A stretch of DNA of 64,000 nucleotides from a virus: positions 1 to 64,000 of IMG/VR virus record IMGVR_UViG_3300030117_005585; one strand, 5' to 3'. The translations under genes and the position numbers were made by a program. The notes under the pieces are model-generated. The model had not been told where the DNA came from and made no database searches. It saw only the letters and a program-made list of their open reading frames with translations. Shown in pieces: positions 1 through 10,100 of this stretch (positions within the stretch are counted from its first letter, which is position 1; every line of letters begins with the position of its first letter).

Positions 1-1
1 C

Positions 2-3000
2 AACACCAACATTCCCAATAAATCTACCATCACCAAACGAACCAGTTGAGGTTGCTGAACCACTTACATTACCAACCAACATCTCCAAACCAGCAGTAGA
101 TGAAAATCTGGCAGTTGCTGCTCCATTTGTAGCAACACCTATTTCGTTACTTGCATACTTATAAAGTCCATTTCCACCTTGTGGTATAACATTTATTGAT
201 GGTGAACTGGCACTACCATCTTTATTAACATAAACTTGATTGTTAAATAAACTGAAACCAAGTGTTGACATAGACTTAATTACACCAAATGAACCTGTTG
301 AAGTTGCTGAACCACTTATGTTTCCTGTGGCGAATATGTTACCACCAACATGAAGTCTCTCGGTTGGAACAAGATTAGAACCAATTGCAAAGTTTCCGTT
401 AGTATCAATTGTTACTCTATCTGCACTATTTCTTCTAAAAACAAAATTATTTGAACTTCGAGCCAAAAGAAACCATTTTTCATTCCCACCAATCTTGTAT
501 CTTAAAACCGCCTCACTATTGCCATCTAAAACAATATCAGCAGTTCCACTACCATCACCTATTATTACATCTTGATAAGCACCACCACCAAGTGTTATCG
601 GGCCACCACTAGGTTGAGCTGGAACTACTACTCTACCAAACGAACCAGTTGAGGCAGCTGAACCACTTATTTTATTACCTGTTAACTCTAAAACATAAGA
701 ACTTGCTCCTGTATAGCCAGTCGCAAATTGCATTTTATCTTCACCGTGAAGATAATATATTTGTCCAGAAAATCTACCATTTCCACTAGTAGAGTCCGCA
801 AAGAAAAGTCCAGAGGGATTAGTACCCCCAGCATATAAAGTTAAGTTTTCCTCTGTAGCACCAGTTCCAACAACCAATGATGAATTATGAAAACTACCGG
901 GCGTAGTGTTTCCTATGGCGACTTTATCAGCAATATGAAGTTCGCCAAACGAACCAGTTGAGGTTGCTGAACCACTTATACTACCAGTTATGAAAGCATC
1001 ACCATGTACTTCAAGATGAAAATCAGGTGTTTTATTTGTAAAACCTACTCCGAATTTCTTTTCAACATGACCAAATCCACGCACATCTAATTGTACATTG
1101 GGATTATCTGTTCCTACACCAATTCTTGCTGTAGAACCCTCTAGAGCTAATACACCTGTGGAACCATAGCTTAAATGAATAGTACCACTACTAATATCTG
1201 ATACTCCTGGTGTAATTCTAAATGCATCGGATTGGGAATTATCGATTCCCATGATATATCTTTTCGTACCAGTGAGTAAGAATTGTAGCACAGCATCACC
1301 AGTACCATCTTGTTCGATTAATATCCCATTTGTCGTATCTGTTGTAGAATCATCTCTGAATAAATGGAGTTGAGCAGTTGGATTTGATGTGCCTAAACCA
1401 ATCTTATCTGGTACATGAACCGAACCAAACGAACCAGTTGAAGTTATTGAGCCGCTTATGTCTGAATCTGAATATATTGTTCCTTCAGCTTTTATTCCAT
1501 GATCAATTAATGTGGCAGTTTCTAAAGCATAACTACCTCCAAGACCTATACCACCACTTGCACCAAACATTACTCTTTTATTTTCACCCGCAGAACCAAG
1601 TTTAAGCATAAGTGGTTTGTTACCAGATACAGAAATCAAACCTTCTCTGTAAGTTCCGCTGTGACCATCAGCTCCAATTTTAACTGTCATGCCATCTGTA
1701 TCAAATTGAGCAAAAGCATCGCCATTGGTAGTTGTTGTTTTAACTTTTAGTATACTACCATTTGTTGAACTACTTATTATCAAATCACCTTGAACTTTAT
1801 CCGATACTACTAATGAACCAAACGAACCAGTTGATGTTGATGAACCACTTATCGTATCACCAATAAACTCATGAACATCATCAGCAGTATCTCCAAATAT
1901 TGTACTACCACTACTGAATGATTGAGTTAGATGAACTACTGAAGAAGATACGATATAGTTTTCAGCTATAATATCACCAGTAGCTTTTATATCACCGACT
2001 ACATCAAGAGCACGTGTCGGATTTGAAGTTCCGATGCCGACATTACCATCTGACTTTACTGTTAGTCTATTTGCTACACCGCCCGTTTGAATATCAAAAT
2101 CATTTCCAGTTGCGAGTAAAAATACATTGGCACTCGTAGAATTATCCTTTAAGGCTATTCCACCTTGTGCGTCACCTGACTCAAACAATGCAACTGCATT
2201 TGTTGTACCGTTATAAACATGAAGTGGATTCTGTGGACTTTGATTCCCGATGCCGATATTTTTACTAGAATCTATTGTCATCGCTGGAGATGCATTTGCG
2301 TAAGTAGCATCTTCATTCAGCAACAAACCAATACCTAACTTATCTGCAGTTCCTGTATCTGAACCATGCATAACAATACCATATCTAATTGAACTATTAG
2401 AATTACTAAACATAACACGAGTACCACCACCGTTATGTTCCCCATGAAAACGGGCTACTCCGTAAGTTCCAGCGGGTGTCCAAGATGTACCTACACTAAA
2501 ATTTTTGCTAATTCTACCAAGACCAGACGAAACAGTTGAAGTTGCTGAACCGCTTATGTTACCACTCGCTATTATTCCCCCAAGAACATCTAGTTTATCA
2601 TTAGGATTTTCGTGTCCAATTGCGACATTACTATTACTATGAACTACAATGCCGTATGCACTTCCACCACCAGCTGCTAAACCTAAGTAATCACCAGCAC
2701 CAGCTCTAAATTGCACTCCGACATCACCACTTGGTGCTGAATCATTTAGTATTAAAGATAAGGTTCTGTTACCAGATTGAAAGTTGGCAACATTATCATT
2801 AGGCCCACGTATATTTAGATGACCAAACGAACCAGTTGAGGTTGATGAGCCACTTATAACTCCATTTGCCCCACCACTTAATTGTAAACTAACATCACCA
2901 TTACCAGTTACAAAATTTATAATACCACTAGCTCTAGTAGTTCCAATAGTCATCTTATTGTCACTTGTGCTACTATATGAAATTACGGCATCCCTATTAC

Positions 3001-3655
3001 TATTAGCTCCACCAAAATTTATACTCTTAAAATAACTATCGCTTCCTAATATACTGATACCAACACCATCAGTAGTGGAATTGTTAATAACTAAATCGTC
3101 AGCGTTAGTTCGAGCAGTCTGTGAGACACCACCCGCTCCTACTATTCCTGTAGTAGTCGAGACGCGACCAAACGAACCTGTTGAGGTTGATGAGCCACTT
3201 ATTAATGTGGCAGTTCCATCAGAAAAACTTGTTAATCTTGTTGATATAGAGGAACTAGCAGCAGTTCCCTCAAAAACCCTTGTTAATCCACTACCATCTC
3301 CAGTAAAGTGTCCGAATGAAGCAGTTGAAGTTGAAGAACCACTGACATCACCACTTACTGTCAAACTGCCTGTAATACTTGTATTATTTGTTAGATTTAG
3401 TCCAGCAAATGTCGGAGTAGCAGTAGTGTTTAAATCTTGTGCCCCTACATTACCTTCTATAATTGATATTCTGCCCGCTAAACCACCACTGACAGCAGTT
3501 GTAGAGCCAGATATTTCAGATTCAATTTGAGCACTGCTACTCAACATCCCTACAAATGTTGTAGCAGTCAACGGTCCTGTTATACCAAACGAACCACTTA
3601 CATTAAACGAACCCGTAAAGTTAGGATTTAATTGTTGGGATCTAATCTTTGCCAA
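2..3655 (-). CDS. Modular tail fibre / receptor-binding protein, 3' end truncated by the window edge
   Basis: Missing from the ORF track because it has no stop in the window. Manual reading gives a TTG start at 3655 (MAKIRSQQLNPNFTGSFNVSGSFG...), in frame with codons at 2-64 (SGSATSTGSFGDGRFIGNVGV). It has VGIGT/IGIG-type fibre motifs and 10 in-frame SGSxTSTGSFG repeats. Confidence 0.85.
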   Translation of the reverse strand, partial: MAKIRSQQLNPNFTGSFNVSGSFGITGPLTATTFVGMLSSSAQIESEISGSTTAVSGGLAGRISIIEGNVGAQDLNTTATPTFAGLNLTNNTSITGSLTVSGDVSGSSTSTASFGHFTGDGSGLTRVFEGTAASSSISTRLTSFSDGTATLISGSSTSTGSFGRVSTTTGIVGAGGVSQTARTNADDLVINNSTTDGVGISILGSDSYFKSINFGGANSNRDAVISYSSTSDNKMTIGTTRASGIINFVTGNGDVSLQLSGGANGVISGSSTSTGSFGHLNIRGPNDNVANFQSGNRTLSLILNDSAPSGDVGVQFRAGAGDYLGLAAGGGSAYGIVVHSNSNVAIGHENPNDKLDVLGGIIASGNISGSATSTVSSGLGRISKNFSVGTSWTPAGTYGVARFHGEHNGGGTRVMFSNSNSSIRYGIVMHGSDTGTADKLGIGLLLNEDATYANASPAMTIDSSKNIGIGNQSPQNPLHVYNGTTNAVALFESGDAQGGIALKDNSTSANVFLLATGNDFDIQTGGVANRLTVKSDGNVGIGTSNPTRALDVVGDIKATGDIIAENYIVSSSVVHLTQSFSSGSTIFGDTADDVHEFIGDTISGSSTSTGSFGSLVVSDKVQGDLIISSSTNGSILKVKTTTTNGDAFAQFDTDGMTVKIGADGHSGTYREGLISVSGNKPLMLKLGSAGENKRVMFGASGGIGLGGSYALETATLIDHGIKAEGTIYSDSDISGSITSTGSFGSVHVPDKIGLGTSNPTAQLHLFRDDSTTDTTNGILIEQDGTGDAVLQFLLTGTKRYIMGIDNSQSDAFRITPGVSDISSGTIHLSYGSTGVLALEGSTARIGVGTDNPNVQLDVRGFGHVEKKFGVGFTNKTPDFHLEVHGDAFITGSISGSATSTGSFGELHIADKVAIGNTTPGSFHNSSLVVGTGATEENLTLYAGGTNPSGLFFADSTSGNGRFSGQIYYLHGEDKMQFATGYTGASSYVLELTGNKISGSAASTGSFGRVVVPAQPSGGPITLGGGAYQDVIIGDGSGTADIVLDGNSEAVLRYKIGGNEKWFLLARSSNNFVFRRNSADRVTIDTNGNFAIGSNLVPTERLHVGGNIFATGNISGSATSTGSFGVIKSMSTLGFSLFNNQVYVNKDGSASSPSINVIPQGGNGLYKYASNEIGVATNGAATARFSSTAGLEMLVGNVSGSATSTGSFGDGRFIGNVGV
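32..3343 (-). repeat. Ten dispersed 33-nt in-frame repeats encoding SGS(A/S)TSTGSFG
   Basis: Plus-strand consensus accaaacgaaccagttgaggttgctgaaccact. Copies start at 32, 284, 635, 944, 1424, 1817, 2522, 2822, 3167 and 3311, all in the same frame. Confidence 0.95.
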
Positions 3656-3906
3656 TCTATTTCTCTCTTACCATCCCACCACTTTTGTACACTGTAAGAT
3701 ATTTTTCTTTTATGTTCAACAGTTTTAGGTTGTTTCATTTTTTCAATTGTTTCCATAGTTACCTTTCTGTCTGTCTGTGCGCATGATTTACAAACAGAAT
3801 TATTACCTACGGCTCTATCAAAGGAATCTTTTCTTGTATAGTAAATCACCCTTCTACAGTCGGGACATTTCCTATTCTTTCTATCTTTCCAATGTCTTTT
3901 TCTCAT
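3628..3906 (-). CDS. Small zinc-ribbon protein with NUMOD3-like basic segment
   Basis: CPDC...CKSC, then KMKQPKTVEHKRKIS. A late-promoter motif lies just upstream (3911-3918). Confidence 0.6.
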   Translation of the reverse strand: MRKRHWKDRKNRKCPDCRRVIYYTRKDSFDRAVGNNSVCKSCAQTDRKVTMETIEKMKQPKTVEHKRKISYSVQKWWDGKREIDWQRLDPNN

Positions 3907-3945
3907 AGTAATAAATATAAAGAAATGGTAAAAGAAAAGTGGTAT

Positions 3946-5496
3946 CTACGAATTAAATTTACCTGTAGCGATTATTTCATCATCAGATTCTAACTGATAA
4001 CCTATACTATCTGTATTAACTTTAAGAAGCAGTGCAGAGCCAGCTTGTTGTATCTCTACAGCATCATGTTCCATATACTGTCCATTTATAAAGAAAACAA
4101 AATCCTGTTCATTTGTTGCATCCATACTAGTCGGTGAAGATGCTGTTACAGCGTTAAAACTAGCAGTTGCACCAGCTGTAATGGATGTTGATTTCTTAAC
4201 AAACTGTTTTCTGAGGTATGCAAATTTTTCAGATTGTGCAATTCCGTCTTCAGTTATACCGCCAGTAACAACTAATGAACCTGTTACCGTCACAGAGCCC
4301 GTCAACTGATGAGTATCATCTGTAGTATCACCAAATATAGTTGAACCACTTAGTGACTGATATGTAATATCTGTTACGGATGAGGATACAACGTAGTTTT
4401 CTGCAATTATATCACCTAATACCACCCAATCTGTATTCACTTGAGCTTTACCATCACCTCTTTGTGTTATTTCAAATGATGTGTCTCCAATATGTAGTGC
4501 ATTTGACATACTTACACTAGCAAATTGGACAGTGCTAGTCGTTTCTACAGGTTGTCCTATACTGAATGTGAAGTTTGTTGGAGAGGTTCCGTCAAAAGTA
4601 TCACCGCCTGCGATTGACATACCTGTTCCTGCAATAACCTGAAGAGGTTTTACTTCAGGTCTTAAATCTGCTTGCTGTACACTTATTCTCACATCCTTTT
4701 TATCGCCAGTCAAATCAGCTATATCAATACCTATACCGTCATTGATTACAATTCTCTTTGGAGTCAATTGCTTTTGTGTTGTTACTACTTTACTAAATTC
4801 TTCGGGTATAAGATAACCATTGAGAGTTACAGTAAAATTTGTTCTAATCAATCTTTCTGTATTTACTGATACCTCACTGGCATCGGTATAGTTATCTATT
4901 TGTGTTCTAAACTTAAACTTTCCATCTTCTCCCCAATACGAACCTTCTGAATATATTATGTGTTCAACAATTTTATTCATTTGCTCTATGTAAGTTGTCC
5001 ATACTATAAATTCATATTGTAATGTTATGTAATCAGGCACAGCCACACTGTATAACTCTTTTTGTTCATTCAATCCTTGCTGTACTGCAAATTTATCATA
5101 CCTATTCCTATCAGAATATTGTTTTTGAAAAGTATAATGTAGTTTTGGGTCTAAGGGATTCAGCTTATCTACTGCTAAATTTTGGTCTTTTTCAATCGAA
5201 GTTCTTTTAAATGCTATTAAAGGAGTTATAACTTGTTTTTTATTATCTACTAAGAAACCTCTTTTTTGAACCATACTCCACCTTTGTGGATTGGAATACA
5301 TTATCGGTACTTTTACCTGCTCACCGTTTTCCTCAACTGTGGGTTTAATAACATTATTGAAATAAAACATTATGGTTGAATCTATATCCATCAACCCTAT
5401 AGAAAAGTTTTTTACATCGTCATTGTTTCTAGACCTTAAAAGGCCCCTATTTAGTAACTTTCTTTTACTTCTTGGTATTGGTTTTTCACGAGCCAT
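3946..5496 (-). CDS. Tail completion/terminator protein (T4 gp15-like) with fibre-like C-terminal extension
   Basis: KVPIMYSNPQRW and TPLIAFKRTSI resemble gp15-family motifs; position follows the neck genes. The C-terminal SGSTIFGDTTDDTHQLTGS module is shared with the tail fibre. Confidence 0.6.
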   Translation of the reverse strand: MAREKPIPRSKRKLLNRGLLRSRNNDDVKNFSIGLMDIDSTIMFYFNNVIKPTVEENGEQVKVPIMYSNPQRWSMVQKRGFLVDNKKQVITPLIAFKRTSIEKDQNLAVDKLNPLDPKLHYTFQKQYSDRNRYDKFAVQQGLNEQKELYSVAVPDYITLQYEFIVWTTYIEQMNKIVEHIIYSEGSYWGEDGKFKFRTQIDNYTDASEVSVNTERLIRTNFTVTLNGYLIPEEFSKVVTTQKQLTPKRIVINDGIGIDIADLTGDKKDVRISVQQADLRPEVKPLQVIAGTGMSIAGGDTFDGTSPTNFTFSIGQPVETTSTVQFASVSMSNALHIGDTSFEITQRGDGKAQVNTDWVVLGDIIAENYVVSSSVTDITYQSLSGSTIFGDTTDDTHQLTGSVTVTGSLVVTGGITEDGIAQSEKFAYLRKQFVKKSTSITAGATASFNAVTASSPTSMDATNEQDFVFFINGQYMEHDAVEIQQAGSALLLKVNTDSIGYQLESDDEIIATGKFNS

Positions 5497-5984
5497 TATA
5501 TACTCCTAACTCTCTCTATTTGTACCGAGCTCTTTCTTACTAAAAATGCGGTTGCAACAACTGAATAGTTTTGGTCAAACATCCCACCAATTAACTGATT
5601 TTCATTTATTGAGCCCACTTCAAAATATCCATAGTTCCAATCTATTAAATCTCCCAACTCCAAAACCATACTAGCATCGATAAAAGATTGTCGTAAAAAT
5701 GAAAATGTTGCATTCTGATTATTACTCGCACCGAATTCGTCTTCATTGTAATCAAAGTCTTCTGCAGCAACGATACAATTCATTTGAACTCCATTTTTGT
5801 AAATCCTATTACCATTAGAAGCCTCACCATACATATTGGTTGCTGACTCCTGTAATGATGGTTTATAAATAACAACTTCTTGATTTATTAATCCATCCTT
5901 ATTATTTTGTTTGTCACCAACCAATTCTTTGGTTACTCTGGTTATAAGATTGATGTCTTTTTGAGGTAAAAATCTACCAGCCAT
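5496..5984 (-). CDS. Neck/head-closure protein (gp14-like)
   Basis: TNMYGEA and ELGDLIDWNYGYFEV motifs; synteny between gp13-like and gp15-like genes. Confidence 0.6.
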   Translation of the reverse strand: MAGRFLPQKDINLITRVTKELVGDKQNNKDGLINQEVVIYKPSLQESATNMYGEASNGNRIYKNGVQMNCIVAAEDFDYNEDEFGASNNQNATFSFLRQSFIDASMVLELGDLIDWNYGYFEVGSINENQLIGGMFDQNYSVVATAFLVRKSSVQIERVRSI

Positions 5985-5988
5985 TTTA

Positions 5989-7155
5989 TTATCCTATGTA
6001 AATTGGGTATGGAACTTTAGCCAATTTTTCGTTCAAAAATTGTGCTTCATCTTTGTCAGCTTCTAATAAGGCTTTTCTACTTGTCTGTTCTAACATTTCT
6101 CTAAGTTGAGTCATAAGAATTTCCTTTTCAGATGCTGCTTCAGTCCTAAGTGTATCACCATCCAAAGTTGTTTCTGCGTTGGGTATAGGAAGTGAAGCAT
6201 ATTTACTTCGTATAGTGCCTAATAACTCTTTACAAAGAGCTAGAGCATATTTCTTAATCCACTGTTTTCCAACATCATTGATTTCTAAAAACTCCATATT
6301 ATTATATGGTGCGTTAGATACATCTGTTATGACTCCTGTCGATGTTCCTTGCAAAGTCGTATCTCTATCCTTCTTAACTAAATATTGAAAATGAAGATTG
6401 TAAGTTGACGTAGGATTAGGAAAGATTCTTAATTTGTTATTTCTTAATTCAAAAGAATATGCTGATTTTCTGATTTGGTCGTTAAATTCTATTGCTTGAA
6501 TTTTAAGTATGTCTGCATACATTGGCATCAACATAAATTGAACGGCAGGTGAATAATTTCCCCACCCAAAAGAATCCATCATATTGTAACTTCCATCGCC
6601 TGTTCCAGCGTAAGGGTCGAAATATCTAGTTATTGCTGGTGAGGCTTCATAAAATACTTTTCTAACCTCTATAGCATCCCCACTTTCTGAAACATCAGCC
6701 CATAGTGCATTTAAATCATATTCTTGAGAACCACTTGATACTTCTATTGAACCAGTTTTCCAATTTACGGTTCCACCAACTCCAGCTTCCGTACCATACT
6801 GTTCTGCGAGTTGTATATTTCTACCTATAGTTGGAGTTACTTTTCTATGAGTTAAGTTTTCTTTAGTCGCACCAGAACCCGTTTCTTGTCCTTGTAAAGA
6901 AAGTATATTGTCTTTTATGTTAAACTGATTAACTTGTGCAGAATATTCTGTAATAGCCTCTTCGTAACAGGCATAAAACTGAACATCTTGTAGTTCAACA
7001 GCAATTATTGGATATCCTAACCTCTTAGCTGCCCAATCTGAAAATTTATCTACTGAGTGTTGTCCTGAACCTGAAAATTCTGTATCACTGTCGTAAAATC
7101 CATATGGAGTATTACCAGCCTCAAACGAACTACTACCTGGCCATATTGCTTCCAT
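5989..7155 (-). CDS. Neck/head-tail adaptor protein (gp13-like)
   Basis: KRLGYPIIAVEL, WIKKYALALCKELLGTIRSKY and C-terminal PIYIG are gp13-type motifs. AGGAG RBS. Confidence 0.75.
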   Translation of the reverse strand: MEAIWPGSSSFEAGNTPYGFYDSDTEFSGSGQHSVDKFSDWAAKRLGYPIIAVELQDVQFYACYEEAITEYSAQVNQFNIKDNILSLQGQETGSGATKENLTHRKVTPTIGRNIQLAEQYGTEAGVGGTVNWKTGSIEVSSGSQEYDLNALWADVSESGDAIEVRKVFYEASPAITRYFDPYAGTGDGSYNMMDSFGWGNYSPAVQFMLMPMYADILKIQAIEFNDQIRKSAYSFELRNNKLRIFPNPTSTYNLHFQYLVKKDRDTTLQGTSTGVITDVSNAPYNNMEFLEINDVGKQWIKKYALALCKELLGTIRSKYASLPIPNAETTLDGDTLRTEAASEKEILMTQLREMLEQTSRKALLEADKDEAQFLNEKLAKVPYPIYIG

Positions 7156-7205
7156 TATATTCTCCTTAAAAGATGTAATTATTCAATAATAAATATACAA
7201 GGCAC

Positions 7206-7237
7206 AAAAAAAGGGTGAGAAAACTCCCACCCTTTTT
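7206..7237. terminator. Intrinsic terminator downstream of the major capsid gene
   Basis: AAAAAGGGTG-N10-CACCCTTTTT inverted repeat flanked by A/T tracts. Confidence 0.8.
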
Positions 7238-7259
7238 AAGTAGATTAATTGATATTCAA

Positions 7260-8894
7260 TTAAACTTGGTTGATATGTGTTACGATCACCTTACCATAGA
7301 ATTCAGGTCTTACCATCTTCTTAGCATAGCGAGTCATTACACCTTTTCTTGGTGTAAAGTTCTTAGGATCGTATACCAATGGTGTCATAATCATCGGTAC
7401 ATATGGAGCATATACAGCACCAGTTTCTAAGAAATTACTTCCTCTGAAACCAACAAGTATAGAATTATCCAACATGTAAGGATTCTTATAAACAGTGTAT
7501 CGGTTATTAATCGAACCAACAGCTTCAACACCCATAGCATAGGTTTTGCCAGAAGCATCACCTGTGTTTGCTATGTAACCACTAACTGATTCTAAGATTG
7601 TAGCAGTTTCAGGTGAAACAACAACAAAATTAGCACCACCACGTAGTGTTTTCTGATGTATTGCATTAGATACAGATTGTATCTTAATTCCAAGTGTTTG
7701 GAACCAAGATGGTTTAGTGTAAGCATTAGACTGTCCACTAATTTCTGTAAAAGCAGGTTCGCCGGTACCTGAACCATCGTACTCAAATCCAACTTTTGCT
7801 GACCAGTATTCTGTCTTTGCAGCAGCGTCTAGTTTCAACATATCGAGGATTTCAAGATCTATTTCCATAGCGATATACTCACTTAACATAGCAGTAAGTT
7901 CAGCTTCGGCATCAACAGAATGATAAGCGTTAAGGTCTTGAGCAAGCTCAGGAGTCCATACAGCTTTTAACTTTCTGGTTTTAGCAACGATAGCTTCACT
8001 TTTTAGAGCGATGTCTATTTCAGGAATATCGATATCTGTTTCAGGATTAGCATCAATCTGAGCTGCACTAGCTTCAAAATCACCACGTTGTGTAGCAGTT
8101 GGAGCTTCATGATACAATACAGATGCTGTAGCAGCAGTTCCTGTAGCATTACCATTTTCTTTAATAAGGAAAATTACATCACCATCACTATTAACAGTTG
8201 TATATGCTGGGAATGTATCAGATACATAAGAACCAGTAATTTCAAATGCCCTAGCACCTTTTTGGTCATGTCTGGTAAAACTACCTTGATCGACTGTTAC
8301 TTTTTGGATTTGTCCTAAAGCAACAGAAGCACTAAGATCTGGCTCAAACTCAACATCTTTCCAAGAAGCTGAAGCAACAGCCATACCACTATCTGTAGTT
8401 AGATTAAGTGGAACTGTGATCTTATCGTTAATTGAATATCCGAATTTGCCTGCACCATAAAGTCCACCACTTGCGTCAGCATTAGATGCTGAAGTGTTAC
8501 CAAATACATCTGAATTTTCAGCATGATTTGGTACATTAGCGGAACCATATTTGAAGTCCAAGAAGAAAATCAGACCAGAGGGTAGGTTCATTGGCTGAAC
8601 AGAAACGAATTCCTGAGCAGCTAATTCACCAAAGATTCTACGAACCAATGGTAAAGCAACACCTGACCACTCTTCTTTAGAACCACCAGTACCTGTTTGT
8701 GAAGCCTCTTTAAGAAGCTGCGTTGCCTGGTTTTCTAAAAGAACAGCCATACCTGTTTTCTTAGTGGAATCATCAATGCCATCTAGCAATCCGGTTGGCT
8801 CCCATTTGCCGACTAACTTACGAGTCTGCTTTAGAAGCTCTTGATGAGGGTTATGACCCGTCATCACATCACTTAGATTTTCAAAATTTGACAT
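7260..8894 (-). CDS. Major capsid protein (T4 gp23-like)
   Basis: Motifs LLENQ, VQPMNLPSGLIFFLDF, AKTRKLKAVWTPELAQDLNAYH, EIDLEIL, YAPYVP and PRKGVMTRYA. Start refined to ATG at 8894, after GGGAG. Confidence 0.97.
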   Translation of the reverse strand: MSNFENLSDVMTGHNPHQELLKQTRKLVGKWEPTGLLDGIDDSTKKTGMAVLLENQATQLLKEASQTGTGGSKEEWSGVALPLVRRIFGELAAQEFVSVQPMNLPSGLIFFLDFKYGSANVPNHAENSDVFGNTSASNADASGGLYGAGKFGYSINDKITVPLNLTTDSGMAVASASWKDVEFEPDLSASVALGQIQKVTVDQGSFTRHDQKGARAFEITGSYVSDTFPAYTTVNSDGDVIFLIKENGNATGTAATASVLYHEAPTATQRGDFEASAAQIDANPETDIDIPEIDIALKSEAIVAKTRKLKAVWTPELAQDLNAYHSVDAEAELTAMLSEYIAMEIDLEILDMLKLDAAAKTEYWSAKVGFEYDGSGTGEPAFTEISGQSNAYTKPSWFQTLGIKIQSVSNAIHQKTLRGGANFVVVSPETATILESVSGYIANTGDASGKTYAMGVEAVGSINNRYTVYKNPYMLDNSILVGFRGSNFLETGAVYAPYVPMIMTPLVYDPKNFTPRKGVMTRYAKKMVRPEFYGKVIVTHINQV

Positions 8895-8910
8895 TTTATT
8901 GTCTCCCAAT

Positions 8911-9978
8911 TTAAAGGATGTTAGCCAACTTCTTAAACCTATCTTTCAACTCATTTCCTTCAGAAATTACTTCCTTTTCAGATTTGGTTGAAGCGATTGG
9001 TTTTGAAGCTGCACCCTTAGATTCATTAATATTATTTCTAGCAGCACCAAAAGATTCACCAAGTGTAGAGTAAACTAACTTGACTTCTCTAAGGTTACTA
9101 GCTCTGTCGAATTGCTCAACGACTTTCATCTTCTGTTCATTATTCAAACCATACTTTCTGAATAGTTTGTTTGTAAACAAAAGTTTAGCATTTAACAAAT
9201 TGACTTCGTTTAGCTTTCCACGCAGTTCTTCGATTACGGAACGATGTTCTTTGAGATTAGATTTAAGTTCTGCAACTTCATCTTTTTTCTCATCTTCATC
9301 TTCTTCCTCAGAAAGAGCTTTAAGAACTTCATCAAGATCGATATCTTCATCAACATCTTCTTTTTCTTCACCCTCTTTGAGTTTTCCCTTACCTGGATCT
9401 TCTTCATCATTAGGACTTGGCTGTACAACTTTATTGTCACCAGCACCTATGCCAGATGACTTAGATTGTTCATCCATTTTGTCTTCATCATCATCTTCTT
9501 CTTCATTAAGTTCTTCCTCGAGTTCTTTGATTACAGCTTCTAAATCAAGATCTTCTTCCATATCTTCATCTTCATGCTCACCCTCTTCGACTTCATCGTC
9601 TTCTTCTTCAGATACCACTGGTGCGTATTTGACTCCATCAATTTCAATGATACCTTCATCAACATCATCGTCTTTTTCAATTTCATCCATATCATCGTCT
9701 TTTTCAATTTCGTCAACTTCATCTTCTTCACCAGCTTTCATCATTGATCTTTCTTCCATATCGTCATCATCATGTGCCCGTTCTTCCATATCATCATCAT
9801 CTTTGGCGATTTCATCTTTCTTTTCATCATCATCTTCCATTTCAGTTTGGATTTTTTGAGAAAGCATAGACTGTAATCTAGGTGTGAAAGCCTCTTCTAA
9901 AGCCATCTTTGCATTTTCTAAAGCTGTTTCACGAACTGCTTTAGCGTCAGCAATTGCTTCTTTTAAGAGATCATCCAT
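8911..9978 (-). CDS. Prohead core/scaffold protein (gp22-like position)
   Basis: Very acidic, coiled-coil, directly upstream of the capsid gene. Many L/I-x-E sites, C-terminal RFKKLANIL, AGGAG RBS. Confidence 0.8.
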   Translation of the reverse strand: MDDLLKEAIADAKAVRETALENAKMALEEAFTPRLQSMLSQKIQTEMEDDDEKKDEIAKDDDDMEERAHDDDDMEERSMMKAGEEDEVDEIEKDDDMDEIEKDDDVDEGIIEIDGVKYAPVVSEEEDDEVEEGEHEDEDMEEDLDLEAVIKELEEELNEEEDDDEDKMDEQSKSSGIGAGDNKVVQPSPNDEEDPGKGKLKEGEEKEDVDEDIDLDEVLKALSEEEDEDEKKDEVAELKSNLKEHRSVIEELRGKLNEVNLLNAKLLFTNKLFRKYGLNNEQKMKVVEQFDRASNLREVKLVYSTLGESFGAARNNINESKGAASKPIASTKSEKEVISEGNELKDRFKKLANIL

Positions 9979-10094
9979 TATTATTCTCCTATTTAGGATT
10001 TAGTATAGTTATTGGGAACTATAATAGAATTATTATATTTCGGTTACACCGTATAGATAAGAACGGTGTATTTAGTTTTGATATATATAAATAT
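9979..10094 (-). promoter_or_regulatory. Late promoter plus structured 5' leader of the scaffold-capsid operon
   Basis: ATATTTAT motif at 10087-10094. Hairpin TACACCGT-N10-ACGGTGTA at 10045-10070. Overlapping hairpins at 10004-10023 and 10020-10037. Confidence 0.6.
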
Positions 10095-10100
10095 AAGAAA

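Noticed and set aside
32-3343. CRISPR array suggested by 33-36 nt repeats
   Set aside because: Spacers are 111-672 nt, the repeats are in-frame coding and degenerate, and there are no cas genes.
3628-3906. Active homing endonuclease
   Set aside because: It has zinc-ribbon and NUMOD3-like parts but no GIY-YIG/HNH catalytic domain in 92 aa.
9655-9805. Short tandem repeats (DEIEKDDD x2, DDDDMEER x2)
   Set aside because: Ordinary low-complexity expansion within an acidic scaffold protein.
9080-9859. 259-aa Ser-rich plus-strand ORF
   Set aside because: Antisense shadow of the Asp/Glu-rich scaffold gene.
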